Shown piece after piece: positions 64,000 to 64,000 of a stretch of 64,000 nt of DNA. Under the pieces are notes generated by a model. It did no database searches and was not told where the DNA came from. It saw only the letters and a list, made by a program, of their open reading frames with translations. The DNA is from Zygnema circumcarinatum SAG 698-1b (lineage: Eukaryota > Plantae > Zygnematophyceae), in contig CM074805.1 of the NCBI GenBank assembly GCA_037447605.1, positions 898,062-962,061 on the forward strand. The letters run 5' to 3'. The translations under genes and the position numbers were made by a program. Positions within the stretch are counted from its first letter, which is position 1, and the number at the start of each line of letters is the position of its first letter.

Positions 64000-64000
64000 A

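Overview
This is eukaryotic, intron-rich, gene-dense nuclear DNA from a streptophyte. The gene content, GC-rich promoters and TTAGGG-type repeats suggest a charophyte green alga (inference). I built 11 protein-coding gene models by hand from splice sites and phase checks: a plant-conserved unknown protein (+), an RLCK-VII/PBL kinase (+), a TOM2A-like tetraspanin (-), a plant/staphylococcal-type lipase (-), a Rubisco-LSMT/SETD3-type SET protein (-), an FGxHKG-motif unknown protein (+), P58IPK/DNAJC3 (-), a kinesin-4-type motor (+), RAB1/RABD2 (+), an F-box/LRR/Cys-rich protein (+) and a WRKY19-like zinc-finger repeat protein (-). The window also has large microsatellites, a decayed RLE-type non-LTR retroelement with two short dispersed relatives, and a repeat cluster next to a 25-N gap. 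The best novelty candidate is the SET protein, which has an N-terminal signal peptide and a C-terminal HDEL, i.e. a predicted ER-luminal protein methyltransferase. It lies near P58IPK, whose promoter has a perfect ERSE plus UPRE, and RAB1, which has a UPRE. The second candidate is a kinesin-4 motor whose tail carries two myosin-type IQ motifs. No tRNA, rRNA or CRISPR array is supported. All family assignments come from motif recognition, not database searches.
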